From assembly GCA_963816395.1 (NCBI GenBank), contig CAWFKQ010000007.1, positions 387,738 to 451,737 on the forward strand: a DNA stretch of 64,000 nucleotides. Reading direction: 5' to 3'. Both the position numbers and the translations under genes were made by a program. Below, piece after piece: positions 1-10,175 of the stretch (its first letter is position 1; each line of letters starts with the position of its first letter). This DNA is from an uncultured delta proteobacterium (lineage in GTDB: Bacteria > Desulfobacterota > Desulfuromonadia > Desulfuromonadales > JACZKF01). A model generated the notes under the pieces. The model worked only from the letters and a program-made list of their open reading frames with translations. It did no database searches and was not told the DNA's origin.

Positions 1-2306
1 GCAGGCCACTCTGGTTGGTGGTGGTGTTCATGCAACTCTCCCGTAATCTCGATGACCGCCTGGCCGTTGGCGGGGATGTCGATCCCGGTGGCCGTGTCTT
101 CAATAATGAGGTTGGTGGCACTGCCGGCATTGCTCAGGGCCCAGGTGCCGCCGGATACCACGTTGGCACTGACAAAGCGCATGTTGGCTGCGGCGAGGCC
201 CAGATCGTCCAGGATCCGCACATCGTACAGGGGCACGGCGGTGGGGGTCGCGGGCACGGTGATGCGGTACTTGAACTGCTCGCCGATGGTGGCGCTCGCC
301 TGGCTATTCGCCTTCGCCAGCGGGCCGGGAGACTGGATCACCACCCGGGTGGGGTCCGCGGGAGCACCGGGCGGAGCGATGCCGTTGACGTACGGGTCAT
401 CGCTCTCTGCGGTGAGGCCGGCGGCGGTGAGGGTGGCCTGGTTGTCGACCGCGGTGCCGTTGGTGAGGGTCGATTTCAGGGTGATCTCGAACTCGATCAC
501 GAGCTCGCTGCCGACGGCGACGTTCAGAGGGGTGATATCGCCGCTGATTTCCAGCCGGCCACTGGCGGGATCAAAAGTGTATTTGGCGCCCGCCGGGGGA
601 GGCGTAACCATGGCGAACGTGGTCAGATCGAAGCGGTTCGGATCCAGCAGGTCGCTGATCGTGATCCCGTCAATCGTCTGGTCGACGTTGAAGAGGCGCA
701 GCCGGTAGCGCAGCCTGTCACCCGGAGCGGCGGTGACGGCCGGGTTGGCGCCACTGGTCAGGTTCTCGACCGTCTTCTGAAAGTAGTAGCCGGCCAGCGC
801 CGTCGTGATGGTTTCGCTGTCCTGAAAATCCGCTACGCCCGGTGTGCCGTCGGTAAGCGGGCCCTTGTCGTATTGGCGGCGGCTGGTAAGACTGCTGTCG
901 CCACTGAACCAGCGGGTAGCGCCGGCGACATTGGTCAGCGTTATGCCGTCTTTGCTGTCGCCGTCGAGCTGAGACTGGTAATTGATGATCAGGTGCTGAG
1001 AGGGTCCGACCTTGGCCGTGGGCGTATCCAGCAGGGTCAGGCTGAGCTGGCAGGTGGGCGCACCGCTATAGGTGACCGAGTAGTCGGTGCCCTGGGTCAG
1101 GTCCGAGACCAGGGTGCCGTCAGCCGCGGCGATCCGGGCGGTGACCCCGCCCGGCGCCGTGGTGGGGTCGTAGTCGCACATGCCGCCTTGGGGGCCGTCG
1201 GGGAGCTGGTCGAGGATCGTGGCGTTCCAGGCATCGCTGCCGCCGGTGTTCTCGACGTCGATGGTAAAGGCCGCCGGGACCCCCAGGTTCAGGGCCGTCT
1301 CACTGCTCGTCTTGTTGACGACGAGATTGGGCCCGACGATGGTCATCGGTGGCGTGATCCCATCCTGCCCGGGGAGGGGCTCATATTGCGTTCCGTTGAT
1401 GATCCTCCCCAACTCCCAATGGGCGGTGTTGATGAACTGCGTCCCCGGCACGTTCGCCGGGGTGTCATCGAGGACGACCGTAAGCTTGAGCACAACCTGA
1501 GAATTGGCCGGGATCCTGGCAAAGGACGCGTTGTCGACATAGGAGAAGACGAGGTGCTTGTTATCCCCCGAGTTGGCCAGTGAGCCCAGCGCGGTTGTGG
1601 TGCCGTCGCTGTTTTTCAGGTAGGCGGTATTGCTCAGGTAGGTGAGGTTCGCGCCCGTGGCGGTGAGATCGTCGGTGATTTCGATGTTGTACAGGTCGGC
1701 GGTGTCCGGGCTGCCGGAGTAGACGTAACCCGACGGCGTCAGCGTCGCCATGTCTGAAAAGGTGAGCGTGTAGGTGAAGGGCACGCCGATGGTGGCCGTG
1801 GTCCGGCCCGCGGGGTTCTCCTTATGGATTCCATCTACCGGTATAATAAATTCCTGGCAACTCGTGCTGATGTTGTTATATGAGCCGTTACTCCACCACA
1901 TCGAAAAGGTAGATTGAGTGGGGTCGTTACACGACATGTTGCCGTCGTAGAAAACGTTGTCGAAGACAATCAGATACGATGCATGATTGGGGAATTGGAA
2001 GTTAATGAGGGTAAATGGCAGTCCGCCCACAGACTGCGGAAAGTTCTTTATCGTGCAGTCCCGGTCGATCCCGAGCGTGCTGGGAAGCTGCGAAATATTG
2101 AGGGTATTGCCGTCAATCACGCCGCCTGGGTAATCGGAGCACATATCGCCCGCCGCCTGCGCGGAAGAGGCCGCGCCCAGCAACAGGGCGAAGAGGAGCA
2201 GCAACAGGCCACCTAACCTGATGCCGCGGGCTGAAAGGCCAAGAGCACCGCTGGCGGCGCTGGTCAGCAGGTTCCAGGTTTTCGACACGTTTCTCTTCTG
2301 CGGCAT
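1..2306 (-). CDS. Large secreted repeat-domain surface protein (DUF11 / conserved-repeat-domain-like adhesin), first 768 codons; C-terminus beyond left edge
   Basis: Own minus-strand translation from ATG at 2306: MPQKRNVSKTWNLLTSAASGALGLSARGIRLGGLLLLLFALLLGAASSAQAAG (Sec signal peptide). The frame then stays open to position 1, with reiterated N.ATLTA...SDDP...DPT..V repeat signatures. It is absent from the ORF track because it has no in-window stop. The + ORF 15..1583 is its antisense shadow. Confidence 0.75.
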   Translation of the reverse strand, partial: MPQKRNVSKTWNLLTSAASGALGLSARGIRLGGLLLLLFALLLGAASSAQAAGDMCSDYPGGVIDGNTLNISQLPSTLGIDRDCTIKNFPQSVGGLPFTLINFQFPNHASYLIVFDNVFYDGNMSCNDPTQSTFSMWWSNGSYNNISTSCQEFIIPVDGIHKENPAGRTTATIGVPFTYTLTFSDMATLTPSGYVYSGSPDTADLYNIEITDDLTATGANLTYLSNTAYLKNSDGTTTALGSLANSGDNKHLVFSYVDNASFARIPANSQVVLKLTVVLDDTPANVPGTQFINTAHWELGRIINGTQYEPLPGQDGITPPMTIVGPNLVVNKTSSETALNLGVPAAFTIDVENTGGSDAWNATILDQLPDGPQGGMCDYDPTTAPGGVTARIAAADGTLVSDLTQGTDYSVTYSGAPTCQLSLTLLDTPTAKVGPSQHLIINYQSQLDGDSKDGITLTNVAGATRWFSGDSSLTSRRQYDKGPLTDGTPGVADFQDSETITTALAGYYFQKTVENLTSGANPAVTAAPGDRLRYRLRLFNVDQTIDGITISDLLDPNRFDLTTFAMVTPPPAGAKYTFDPASGRLEISGDITPLNVAVGSELVIEFEITLKSTLTNGTAVDNQATLTAAGLTAESDDPYVNGIAPPGAPADPTRVVIQSPGPLAKANSQASATIGEQFKYRITVPATPTAVPLYDVRILDDLGLAAANMRFVSANVVSGGTWALSNAGSATNLIIEDTATGIDIPANGQAVIEITGELHEHHHQPEWP

Positions 2307-2390
2307 ATTCGGCGTTATGGGTTCCCTGCGTCGTTTCAGTAAGTTCTTTGATCCGTTTATTTTTTCTCTCTTAGGCACGGCGAATTTCCC

Positions 2391-2578
2391 TGAAAACAAA
2401 AAACGCCCACTCTTCCGCCGAAGATGAGCGCTCTTGGAATATTCCACGATTGCCGGGGGCCCAAGATACATGACTCATCTCTTCGGCAACCCGGCTGTCC
2501 GCCTTCGCTTGTGGCTTCGGCGGACCCGTGGCTTTGCGTCACCAGATTTCTCTGGTTTTGCCCTTTCGGAGACCCTTT
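2391..2578 (-). promoter_or_regulatory. GEMM-I (c-di-GMP-I class) riboswitch, gene-proximal copy, aptamer plus intrinsic terminator
   Basis: Minus-strand sense: CCGAAAGGGCAAAACCAGAGAAAUCUGGUGACGCAAAGCCACGGGUC...AGCCGGGUUGCCGAAG (GAAA-capped P1 hairpin, ACGCAAAGCC junction). It is followed by GCGCUCAUCUUCGGCGGAAGAGUGGGCGUUUUUUGUUUU (2432-2391). Confidence 0.85.
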
Positions 2579-2616
2579 TGTTCAGTAACGATGGTGTTTA
2601 ATTAGGGTCGAATTCC

Positions 2617-2816
2617 AATAAAAAAGCGCCTTCTTCTGGCCGAAGATGAGCGCTCCTGGAGTACTCCTGAATTGCCGGGGCCCAAGATATGACTCACCTC
2701 TTCGGCAACCCGGCTATCCGTCTCAACCTGTAGCTCCACCTAAGCTTCGGTGGACAAGTCGACGGACCCGTGGCTTTGCGTCACCAGATTTCTCTGGTTT
2801 TGCCCTTTCGGAGATC
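2617..2816 (-). promoter_or_regulatory. GEMM-I (c-di-GMP-I class) riboswitch, distal copy, aptamer plus intrinsic terminator
   Basis: Same 5' aptamer half as the proximal copy (identical GGGCAAAACCAGAGAAAUCUGGUGACGCAAAGCCACGGGUC), a longer P2 arm and the same ...AGCCGGGUUGCCGAAG closing segment. Terminator AGCGCUCAUCUUCGGCCAGAAGAAGGCGCUUUUUUAUU at 2655-2617. Confidence 0.85.
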
Positions 2817-3262
2817 TTCCTTTGCAATGACCTGTGCAAGTCTTGTATGTCCCTCATAGGCACAAACCATTCCAGCAAACGCAGGGTCCTCCTGTTTGAC
2901 CGTAACACATGAGAATATTGCGGTTAAATGCTTTTTTGGAAGATTGCAAATGCGGGGAGCAGCCGCTTTGATCGACAGCAGGGTGACACGATGCGTCATT
3001 GGAAGCGGTTATTTTTCTTTTCTTAAAGAGAGGTGACGCGAATTGTCATCGAATGCAGTCTTTTCATGAAATGGGTATATAGGCAGGGGTTATTTACAGA
3101 GAGAGAAATGTTCAGCAAAAATTTAGCGCCGGGGATAATGGATGCGGAATGGACACGACCTGGCCGGGTAGCTCCGAACGGCAAAAGGAGGAGTGCGCGG
3201 ACAGGCAGCAGAAGGGAGCAGAGAAGGGAAAAGGGGCGAGTTTAGATCCTGCGGCAGCGAAA

Positions 3263-4822
3263 TCAAGTCACTGGCGCCGGGTTGAACAGCACCAGATCAT
3301 TGTGCAGGCCGAGCCGGTCGGCAGCTACCTGCCTGCGTCCGCTCGCCACCTGGAGAATCAACTGGAAAAGCTCCCAGCCCACCTCGGCGATGCTCGCTTC
3401 TCCCGTGGCGATGCGGCCGGCGTCGAGGTCGATGAGATCATGCCAGCGCAGGCTGAGAGCGGTGCGCGTGGCAACCTTGATGACGGGAGCCATCGCCAGC
3501 CCGTAGGGGGTGCCGCGGCCGGTGGTGAACACCTGCAGGTTGATGCCGGCGGCAAGTTGCAGCGTGCCGCAGACAAAATCGCTGGCCGGCGTTGCCGCGA
3601 AGACCAGCCCCTTGCGCCGCAGGCGTTCCCCGGGGCCTAGAACGTCGACGATCGTGGTGCTGCCGGACTTGACGATGGAACCCAGCGCCTTCTCCACGAT
3701 ATTGGCCAGTCCCCCGGCCTTGTTGCCCGGGGTCGGGTTGGCGCTGCGGTCCGCTTCCCCCGCCTGCAGATAGCGATCGTACCAGGCCATTTCCCGCAGC
3801 AGGGCCTGTCCCACCGATTCGTCGGCGGCCCGGGGGGTGAGCAGATAAATGGCATCCCGGACTTCCGTCACCTCCGAGAAGAGCACGGTGCCCCCGGCCC
3901 GGACGATGAGGTCCGCCGCGTAACCGACCGCGGGGTTCGCGGTGACCCCGGAGAAGGCATCGCTGCCGCCGCACTGCAGGCCGACAACCAGGTCGGAGGC
4001 CGGGCAGGTTTCACGGCGGCGCCGATTCAACTTTTCGAGCCGCCGCTCGGCCATCTCCATCATCGCCTCGGCCATGGCGCCAAAACCGTGGAAGGCTTCA
4101 TCCTGCAGGGTGAGGATCGGCGAGTCCGCAATCCCGTGGGCAACGCTTTGCCGGATGGTCGCCGGCACCAGCCGCTCCGGTTCCAGTTTTTCGCACCCCA
4201 GGCCGACGACCATCACCTCGCCACCCAGGTTGGGGTTGAGTGCCAGGTTCTGCAGGGTCCGGATCGGGACGATGGCGGCGGGAGCATTGATCGCCACCCC
4301 ACAGCCATAGGTGTGGTTAAGCGCGACTACGTCGTCGACGTTCGGATAGCGGGGGAGAAGTTCCTGCTTGATACGCCGGACCAGGTAATTCGCCACGCCG
4401 GCGACGCACTGCACGCTGGTGACGATGCCCAGCACGTTTTTGGTGCCGACACTACCGTCGGGGTTGCGATAGCCCTCGAAGGTGTAGCCTTCCAGGGGAG
4501 GAAGATCTGCCGGCTTTCGTGACGCGAGAGGGATGTCCTTGAGGGCCGGCGCCTCGGGCAACCCGACGAGGGATTCTTCCACCCAACTTCCGCGTGCGAT
4601 GGTTTTTACCGCCCGGCCGACAATTTCCCCGTAACGGATGATCGGAGCACCTTGCGGGATATCGCCAAGTGCCACTTTGTGGCCCTGGGGAACGTCCTGG
4701 CGCAAGACGGTATCATCATCCAATTTCGCTCCCGCTTTCAAGCCGTTGGCATTGACGACGATGGCAACGTTATCCAGTTCGTCGACTTTGATTAAAACTG
4801 CCGGTTCGTTAACCGCGTTCAT
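3263..4822 (-). CDS. garD: Galactarate dehydratase (UxaA/GarD family)
   Basis: ORF 3263..4996 trimmed to [24 protein letters not shown] (ATG 4822), which avoids overlap with tctA. Near-colinear by eye with E. coli GarD, including [42 protein letters not shown] and the C-terminal LFNPAPVT. Confidence 0.9.
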   Translation of the reverse strand: MNAVNEPAVLIKVDELDNVAIVVNANGLKAGAKLDDDTVLRQDVPQGHKVALGDIPQGAPIIRYGEIVGRAVKTIARGSWVEESLVGLPEAPALKDIPLASRKPADLPPLEGYTFEGYRNPDGSVGTKNVLGIVTSVQCVAGVANYLVRRIKQELLPRYPNVDDVVALNHTYGCGVAINAPAAIVPIRTLQNLALNPNLGGEVMVVGLGCEKLEPERLVPATIRQSVAHGIADSPILTLQDEAFHGFGAMAEAMMEMAERRLEKLNRRRRETCPASDLVVGLQCGGSDAFSGVTANPAVGYAADLIVRAGGTVLFSEVTEVRDAIYLLTPRAADESVGQALLREMAWYDRYLQAGEADRSANPTPGNKAGGLANIVEKALGSIVKSGSTTIVDVLGPGERLRRKGLVFAATPASDFVCGTLQLAAGINLQVFTTGRGTPYGLAMAPVIKVATRTALSLRWHDLIDLDAGRIATGEASIAEVGWELFQLILQVASGRRQVAADRLGLHNDLVLFNPAPVT

Positions 4823-4905
4823 AGAATTACCTGGTTCTTGGGTCAAACTCCGCCAGCCCTGACTCATTCTTCCGTCATTGAACTGTACACGAAAAACCCC
4901 ACCGG

Positions 4906-6417
4906 TCATCCCTGGGAATCCCCCCGGCCATGGTTTCGGGACGACTTGACCGACGAATAGATTGAATAGCCGATGGAGAGCAGGATCAGCACCCACAGGA
5001 ACACCGCAATCGGGCTTTTCGTAAAGAAGATCGTCAAGGTGCCGAACGATTCAAGGGTTTTCACAAAATAGACCTCGGCCGACTTGCCGAGAATGAAACC
5101 GATGATCAGGGGGGCGATCTCGATGCCGATCTTCTGCGCCGCCCAGCCAAAGACGCCGAAGAGCAGCAAGGTCCAGACGTCGAACATTATGCCGTAATTG
5201 ATCGCATAGGCGCCGACGACGCACATCATGATGATGATCGGGTAGAGGATGTATTTCGGCACGGTGATGACCTTGGCGACGTACTTGATGGCAAAGAACA
5301 TGACCAGGAACATGACCAGGTTGCCGACCAGAAGGGACATCATGATGTGGTGCCAGATATCCAGGTTTTCACCGATAAACAGCGGTCCAACCTGGATCCC
5401 CTGGAGAGTGAAGGCCCCGATCAGCACGGCCGTGGTACTGTCTCCGGGGATGCCCAGAGACAGCAACGGGATGAGGGCGCCGCCGGTCAGACCGTTGTTT
5501 GAAGCTTCTGACGCGATAACCCCTTCGGGAACGCCGGTTCCCATTTTGGCGGGATCCCTGGAGAAGTTTTTGGCCTGGGTGTAGGACAATATCGACGCCG
5601 CGCTCCCGCCGATCCCGGGGAGCAGACCGATGAAGGTGCCGATGAAGCCCGACCGGAAGAGATTGATGATCTGACCCTTGAAGATCCCGAAGGAGAATTT
5701 TGCCCGGGCCGAAAGGTTCACGTCGGCGCATAAAGGCTCCTCCCGAACCCCCTTCTCCGCCTCCTCCAGGATCATCGCCAGACCGAAGAGGCCGATCAGC
5801 ACTGGCAGCAGGGAGAAGCCGTTTTCCAGGTAAGGCACCATGAAATCGAACATCAGCCGCGTCTTGCCGTTGCCGCCCACGGAGATATCGTAAGTGCCGA
5901 CCAGGCTCAGCCAGACCCCGAGCGCCCCGCTGAAAATGCCCATCAGCATATTTTTGGAAAGGGAGGCAATCACGGTCAGGGCGAAAAGGATAATCAGGAA
6001 CTTTTCAACGTAGGAAAACTTGATGGCGAAATCGGCCAGAAGCGGGGCGCAGAAAAGCAAAATGGCTGCACTCAACAGCCCCCCGAACAGGGAGGAGACA
6101 ATGCCGACCTTCAGGGCTTTTTCGCCTTCCCCCTTCTGGGTCATGGGATAGCCGTCGAAGGTGGTGGCAATCGAAGAGGGCGTGCCGGGGATGTTGAGCA
6201 GAATCGCCGGGACCAGGCCGCCGGAGATGCCACCGACGTACAGACCAAGCAGCAGGGCCAGTCCCAGGTTCAGGTCGAGGGAATAGGTCAGCGGCAGGCA
6301 GACGGCCACGGCCATGGTCGCCGTCATCCCGGGAATGGCACCGAAGATGATGCCGATAAGAACCCCGACCGAGACCAGCAGGATGGACATGGGGGAGAGA
6401 AGCGTCAGAAATTCCAT
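4906..6417 (-). CDS. tctA: Tripartite tricarboxylate transporter large permease (TctA family)
   Basis: 503-aa polytopic membrane protein with a TctA-like N-terminus ([14 protein letters not shown]...) and a [13 protein letters not shown] motif. Adjacent to tctB/tctC-like genes. Confidence 0.85.
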   Translation of the reverse strand: MEFLTLLSPMSILLVSVGVLIGIIFGAIPGMTATMAVAVCLPLTYSLDLNLGLALLLGLYVGGISGGLVPAILLNIPGTPSSIATTFDGYPMTQKGEGEKALKVGIVSSLFGGLLSAAILLFCAPLLADFAIKFSYVEKFLIILFALTVIASLSKNMLMGIFSGALGVWLSLVGTYDISVGGNGKTRLMFDFMVPYLENGFSLLPVLIGLFGLAMILEEAEKGVREEPLCADVNLSARAKFSFGIFKGQIINLFRSGFIGTFIGLLPGIGGSAASILSYTQAKNFSRDPAKMGTGVPEGVIASEASNNGLTGGALIPLLSLGIPGDSTTAVLIGAFTLQGIQVGPLFIGENLDIWHHIMMSLLVGNLVMFLVMFFAIKYVAKVITVPKYILYPIIIMMCVVGAYAINYGIMFDVWTLLLFGVFGWAAQKIGIEIAPLIIGFILGKSAEVYFVKTLESFGTLTIFFTKSPIAVFLWVLILLSIGYSIYSSVKSSRNHGRGDSQG

Positions 6418-6437
6418 GGCGAGGCGTCCTTGTCCGG

Positions 6438-6881
6438 TTACGGCAGCGAAATGTTCATCATCTGGGCCAGAACGAACCAGGCCACTGTCGGTGCAATCAA
6501 CGCGTTAAGAGTGAGCGCCAGGAATTTACGACGGTCGAGCCCGTGTACGTACAAAAGGGAAAGAACGAAGATGAAGGGAATCGAGGTAAAGAGAAAACCG
6601 AGTCCCATGTTCGGGAAAAACTCCCCCACGTATTCCATGGACAGAAAATAGGCAATGGTCAGGACGATCGTTCCGCCGAAGCGCAGTTTGTCGATCTGCT
6701 TAACAGAAAATGAGAACGTTCGTTTGCCCCTTCGGAGGTCCCGCAGATAAGGGATCCCTTTGACCAGAAAGATCACCATCAGGAGCAGCAGCAGGACGAT
6801 GGTGACAATCTTCGGAAAAAACAGATGGGATTGGTTAAAGTCTACAGAGACCTTGAACAGAGATGAAAAACCCTCATCCAT
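6438..6881 (-). CDS. tctB: Tripartite tricarboxylate transporter small membrane subunit (TctB family)
   Basis: 147-aa four-helix hydrophobic protein located between the TctC-like and TctA-like genes. Confidence 0.7.
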   Translation of the reverse strand: MDEGFSSLFKVSVDFNQSHLFFPKIVTIVLLLLLMVIFLVKGIPYLRDLRRGKRTFSFSVKQIDKLRFGGTIVLTIAYFLSMEYVGEFFPNMGLGFLFTSIPFIFVLSLLYVHGLDRRKFLALTLNALIAPTVAWFVLAQMMNISLP

Positions 6882-7001
6882 CCGGCAACTCCTCGTTTCC
6901 TTGGGCTGGAACGGTCAGGCAAACTGCCTTTATTTCTGAACGCGATATCAGAAAGCGGCACCGCCCCGAGAGGTCACCAGGAGGCGGTGCCGTCTGCCGG
7001 A

Positions 7002-8047
7002 TCAGCGAATGGCCTCAATGATCTTCTTGTAATCCTCCATCTTTTCCTTCAGATGCGCTTGTGCTTCTTTCGAGGGCCTGAAATCTGGGATGAAAAAGGC
7101 TTTCTTCAGGGGCTTCTGAATATTGCCGGTGGCATAGATTTCGGAGAGAGCCTGGTCGAGATAAGCAACGATTTCCGGGCTCATGTTTTTGTTATAGAGG
7201 AAGAAAAATTCCTTGTCGAAGGTGAAATTGTGCTTGCCGTCCATGGGGACGATGACGTTCGGTTCGACATACTTCAGCAGCTCCTCGCGGTCGGTCTGCC
7301 CCATCCCTTCGGGATTGGCCTGCTCGATCGTCTGCTTGCTGGCGGTCAGCCAGACAAAACGCATCGCCTTCTGGTCGTCTGCCGGAAGCCGGGTGTACTG
7401 CTCATTGGCCTGCACCGAGCCGTTGATCAGGTCCGCCGCCCCCTGGAACAACAGCATGTTCTTTGCCTCCTGAGAACCGGTGGGGACCTCAACCAGGTTG
7501 CTCTCCATGCCCGGGTATTTGATTTTGATGGCATTTTTGAGGGCACTGTAGCCGATTTCGGAGACACCTCCGGGCTGGATGGCCACCCGCACCTTCGTCC
7601 CTTTGCCGCAGGCCTCCATGATGTCTTCGAGGCTCTTATAGGGGGAGTTCTTCGGGACCAGGTAGGCGTTGCCGGGGTTGATGGCAAAAGTGGGGCCGAT
7701 AATGTAGTTTTCGAAGGGGTTGTCGTATCCGGCCACCCCATACAGGTTACCCAGGTAGGCCTGATCGTGGAAAATCATGATGGTGTTGCCTCTCGCACCC
7801 ATTTGTTCCAGAGCCCGATAGGCGCCACTCGCACCTGTTGCATCCACTTTGACATTGATGCCGAGTTTGTTCTCCAGCGCCTGAGCCACGATGCTCGAAG
7901 CCTGATAGGTATCGCCGCCGGTCGACTTGGAGCCGATGACGATACGCAGGTTCCCCTTGATCAGCTTTTCCGCGGCCAGGCCATTGGCCACCGGGAAGAG
8001 CGCAGAGCGAGCAAAACCAGACCCAACTTCATCAGCAATCGGTTCAT
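7002..8047 (-). pseudogene. tctC: TctC-type periplasmic substrate-binding protein, frame broken inside the signal peptide (1-nt deletion relative to intact frame)
   Basis: ORF 7002..7991 starts at GTG without a signal peptide. ATG at 8047, preceded by GAGGAG, encodes MNRLLMKLGLVLLAL... in another frame that stops after 28 codons. Adding one base restores MNRLLMKLGLVLLALxLFPVANGLAAEK. Confidence 0.75.
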
Positions 8048-8110
8048 CTCCCTACTCCTCTCTGCAGAACATTGTTGAAGGACTTCCGGACAACACCAGA
8101 CTAGCCTGCA

Positions 8111-8140
8111 ATGTTAGCGCTACCACATTATCAAAGTCAA
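8111..8140 (-). promoter_or_regulatory. Sigma70-like promoter (TTGACT-18-TAACAT) overlapped by LacI-type operator ATGTTAGCGCTACCAC
   Basis: Minus strand reads cttaTTGACTttgataatgtggtagcgcTAACATtgc. The near-palindrome at 8111-8126 matches the operators at 12534-12549 and 12706-12721. Confidence 0.6.
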
Positions 8141-8280
8141 TAAGATTTAATAACGGTGTTATAGAGTTAAACAGCAACTATGTCTGCTGATTTTCACGCG
8201 AAAGAATTCAGTGCCCCCAGACAAATCCTTATGATAGCGTCACCATTTTTCTCCTGGCGCCGGCGGCGGCACTTACAACT

Positions 8281-9226
8281 TCATGGGGGGCATACCGGGG
8301 TCAACAGCCGGCCACTGCTGAAGAAGCTGCGCAGATTCTCCAGGACGAGATCCTCCATCACCAGCCTTGTTTCGCGGGTGCCGCTGCCGATGTGGGGCAA
8401 CAGGACCACATTCTCCAGAGTCCATAGCGCCTCCGGCACATGAGGCTCATTCTCGTAGACATCCAGGGCCGCGCCGGCGATCTGACCGTTCGCCAGCGCC
8501 CGCACCAGGGCCGGTTCGTCGACCAGCGATCCGCGTGCGATATTGATCAGAAAACCTGCGGGGCCAAGAGCGGTGATGATCTCGGCCGAAATCAGATGAC
8601 GCGTCGCCGCCCCGCCGGGGGCGCAGACCACCAGAAAATCGGCCCAGCGAGCCAGTTCCGGCAGTGAGGTTGCGAAACCGAATGGCAACTCCGGAATCGC
8701 CGTCCGTGAATGGTAGCGGATTTCCATGTCGAAGCCGGCGGCCCGGCGGGCGACGGCGCGGCCGATGCGGCCCATACCGACGATACCCAGCTTCTTGCCG
8801 CTGACCCGCGTCATCAGGGGAAATCTGCCGTGCTCCCACGCCCCGCGCCGCACGAAGCGGTCTGCCGCGCAAAGCCCCCGGGCCACAGCGAGCAGGGCGC
8901 CGAAAGCGAGATCGGCGACGCAGTCGGTCAAGACCCCGGGGGTATAGCTGACTGCGATGCCGCGGCGCCTGGCCGGTTTCCAGATCGATGGTTTCGAAGC
9001 CGACGCCGCGGCTGGCGATGACCCGCAGGGCCGGCAGGGCGTCGAGGAGGGCGGTGTCGGCGCCGACCGGTCCCGAGGTCACCAGACCGACGAATTTTCC
9101 GCCATGCCGCCGCAAAAACCCGCCAGGGTCGGACTGCCGCCACAGGGGGCAGAGGTCGAATTCTGCGGCCAGCCTCGCTTCGAATTTCGGGGTGAGGCGC
9201 CCGTTCTGGAGAATGCAGGCTTTCAT
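8281..9226 (-). pseudogene. D-isomer-specific 2-hydroxyacid dehydrogenase (glyoxylate/hydroxypyruvate/glycerate dehydrogenase-like), +1 frameshift
   Basis: N-terminal part sits in ORF 8447..9226 (MKACILQNGRL...IASRGVGFETIDLET). C-terminal part sits in ORF 8281..8931 (..RRRGIAVSYTPGVLTDCVADLAF...GIVGMGRIGRAVARR...). One extra base near 8966-8976 (ACCGGCCAGG); 945 nt if repaired. Confidence 0.85.
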
Positions 9227-9253
9227 CGCTGTCGCTTTCCCGGCGCTCGGTAC

Positions 9254-10138
9254 TTACCGCTTCACCTCCACCTGGGCGAGCTTCTCATAATAACGCACCA
9301 GGCTGCCGTGATCGAGATCGCCCATGCCGTCCACCTTCAGGGCCTGCATCATTTCCATGACCGCCGCCGTCAGTGGCAGCGGCACCCCGATTTCATGGGA
9401 AGTTTCCAGGACGTTGGCCAGGTCCTTTACATGCAGATTGATACGGAAGCCAGGATTGAACTTGCGATCGAGCACCAGCGGCGCCTTCGCGTCAAGGACC
9501 GTGCTGCCGGCCAGACCACCGCGGATTGCCTGATAGACCAGTTCCGGTTCGACCCCCGCCTTGGTGGCCAGTACCAGGGCCTCGGACATGGCGGCGATGT
9601 TCAGCGCGACAATGATCTGGTTGGCCAGTTTGGTGATGTTGCCGGCCCCGATTTCGCCGGTAAGAACCACCGAGCCGGCCATGGTTTTCATGATGGGGTA
9701 ACATTTTTCGAAGACGTCCTTCTTGCCGCCGACCATCACCGAAAGGGTGCCGTCGATCGCCTTGGGCTCGCCGCCGCTGACCGGCGCGTCAAGCATCTCC
9801 ACCCCCTTTTCCACCAGCTTGGCCGCAATCTCGCGGCTGACCAGCGGGGCGATCGAGCTCATGTCGATGACGATGGCCCCCGGCCTTGCCCCCTCGATCA
9901 CTCCGTTTTCGCCGAGCACGACGGCCTTCACCTGGGGGGAATTGGGCAGCATGGTGATGATGATGTCGGTCTGCTCGGCAACCGCCCTGGGTGTCGCCGC
10001 AACCTCGGCGCCGGCGGCGGCAACCTCATCCAGGACCGCTGAGTTTCTGTCCATGATCACCAGTTGGTAGCCGGCCTTGAGCAGGTTCCTGCTCATCGGC
10101 TTGCCCATGATTCCGAGTCCGATAAATCCGATTTTCAT
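9254..10138 (-). CDS. garR: Tartronate semialdehyde reductase (2-hydroxy-3-oxopropionate reductase)
   Basis: Trimmed to MKIGFIGLGIMGKPMSRNLLKAGY (ATG 10138). Highly similar by eye to E. coli GarR over its whole length (..DAPVSGGEPKAIDGTLSVMVGG.., ..YYEKLAQVEVKR). Confidence 0.9.
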   Translation of the reverse strand: MKIGFIGLGIMGKPMSRNLLKAGYQLVIMDRNSAVLDEVAAAGAEVAATPRAVAEQTDIIITMLPNSPQVKAVVLGENGVIEGARPGAIVIDMSSIAPLVSREIAAKLVEKGVEMLDAPVSGGEPKAIDGTLSVMVGGKKDVFEKCYPIMKTMAGSVVLTGEIGAGNITKLANQIIVALNIAAMSEALVLATKAGVEPELVYQAIRGGLAGSTVLDAKAPLVLDRKFNPGFRINLHVKDLANVLETSHEIGVPLPLTAAVMEMMQALKVDGMGDLDHGSLVRYYEKLAQVEVKR

Positions 10139-10175
10139 CTGTAGGCTCCCTTTCGTTCGGTATCGATTCGCGTCT

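Noticed and set aside
15-1583. 522-aa + strand ORF (and nested 52..708, 1180..1500)
   Set aside because: G/R/D/V-rich composition typical of the antisense frame of a high-GC gene. The minus strand carries an uninterrupted, signal-peptide-initiated repeat protein over the whole interval.
2391-2816. Assigning the riboswitches to the cGAMP-sensing GEMM-Ib subclass
   Set aside because: Tempting because of the Geobacter-like context, but both aptamers keep G at the Vc2 G20-equivalent position. Specificity is left open rather than claimed.
2646-2999. Short ORFs 2646..2912(+), 2723..2908(-), 2781..2999(-), also 2221..2427 and 2357..2542
   Set aside because: They lie on the riboswitch/terminator units and leader and show duplicated peptide strings caused by the RNA repeat. 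No RBS or coding bias.
3263-4996. N-terminal extensions of many ORF-track entries (garD, garR, aroA, tyrA, pheA, rpsA, rplM, queA, cmk, rluD-like, tolC, OFOR alpha, asd, aminotransferase, GGDEF)
   Set aside because: The track reports the longest ATG/GTG/TTG ORF. Conserved N-termini, RBS positions and avoidance of overlap with upstream genes support the internal starts listed in the features.
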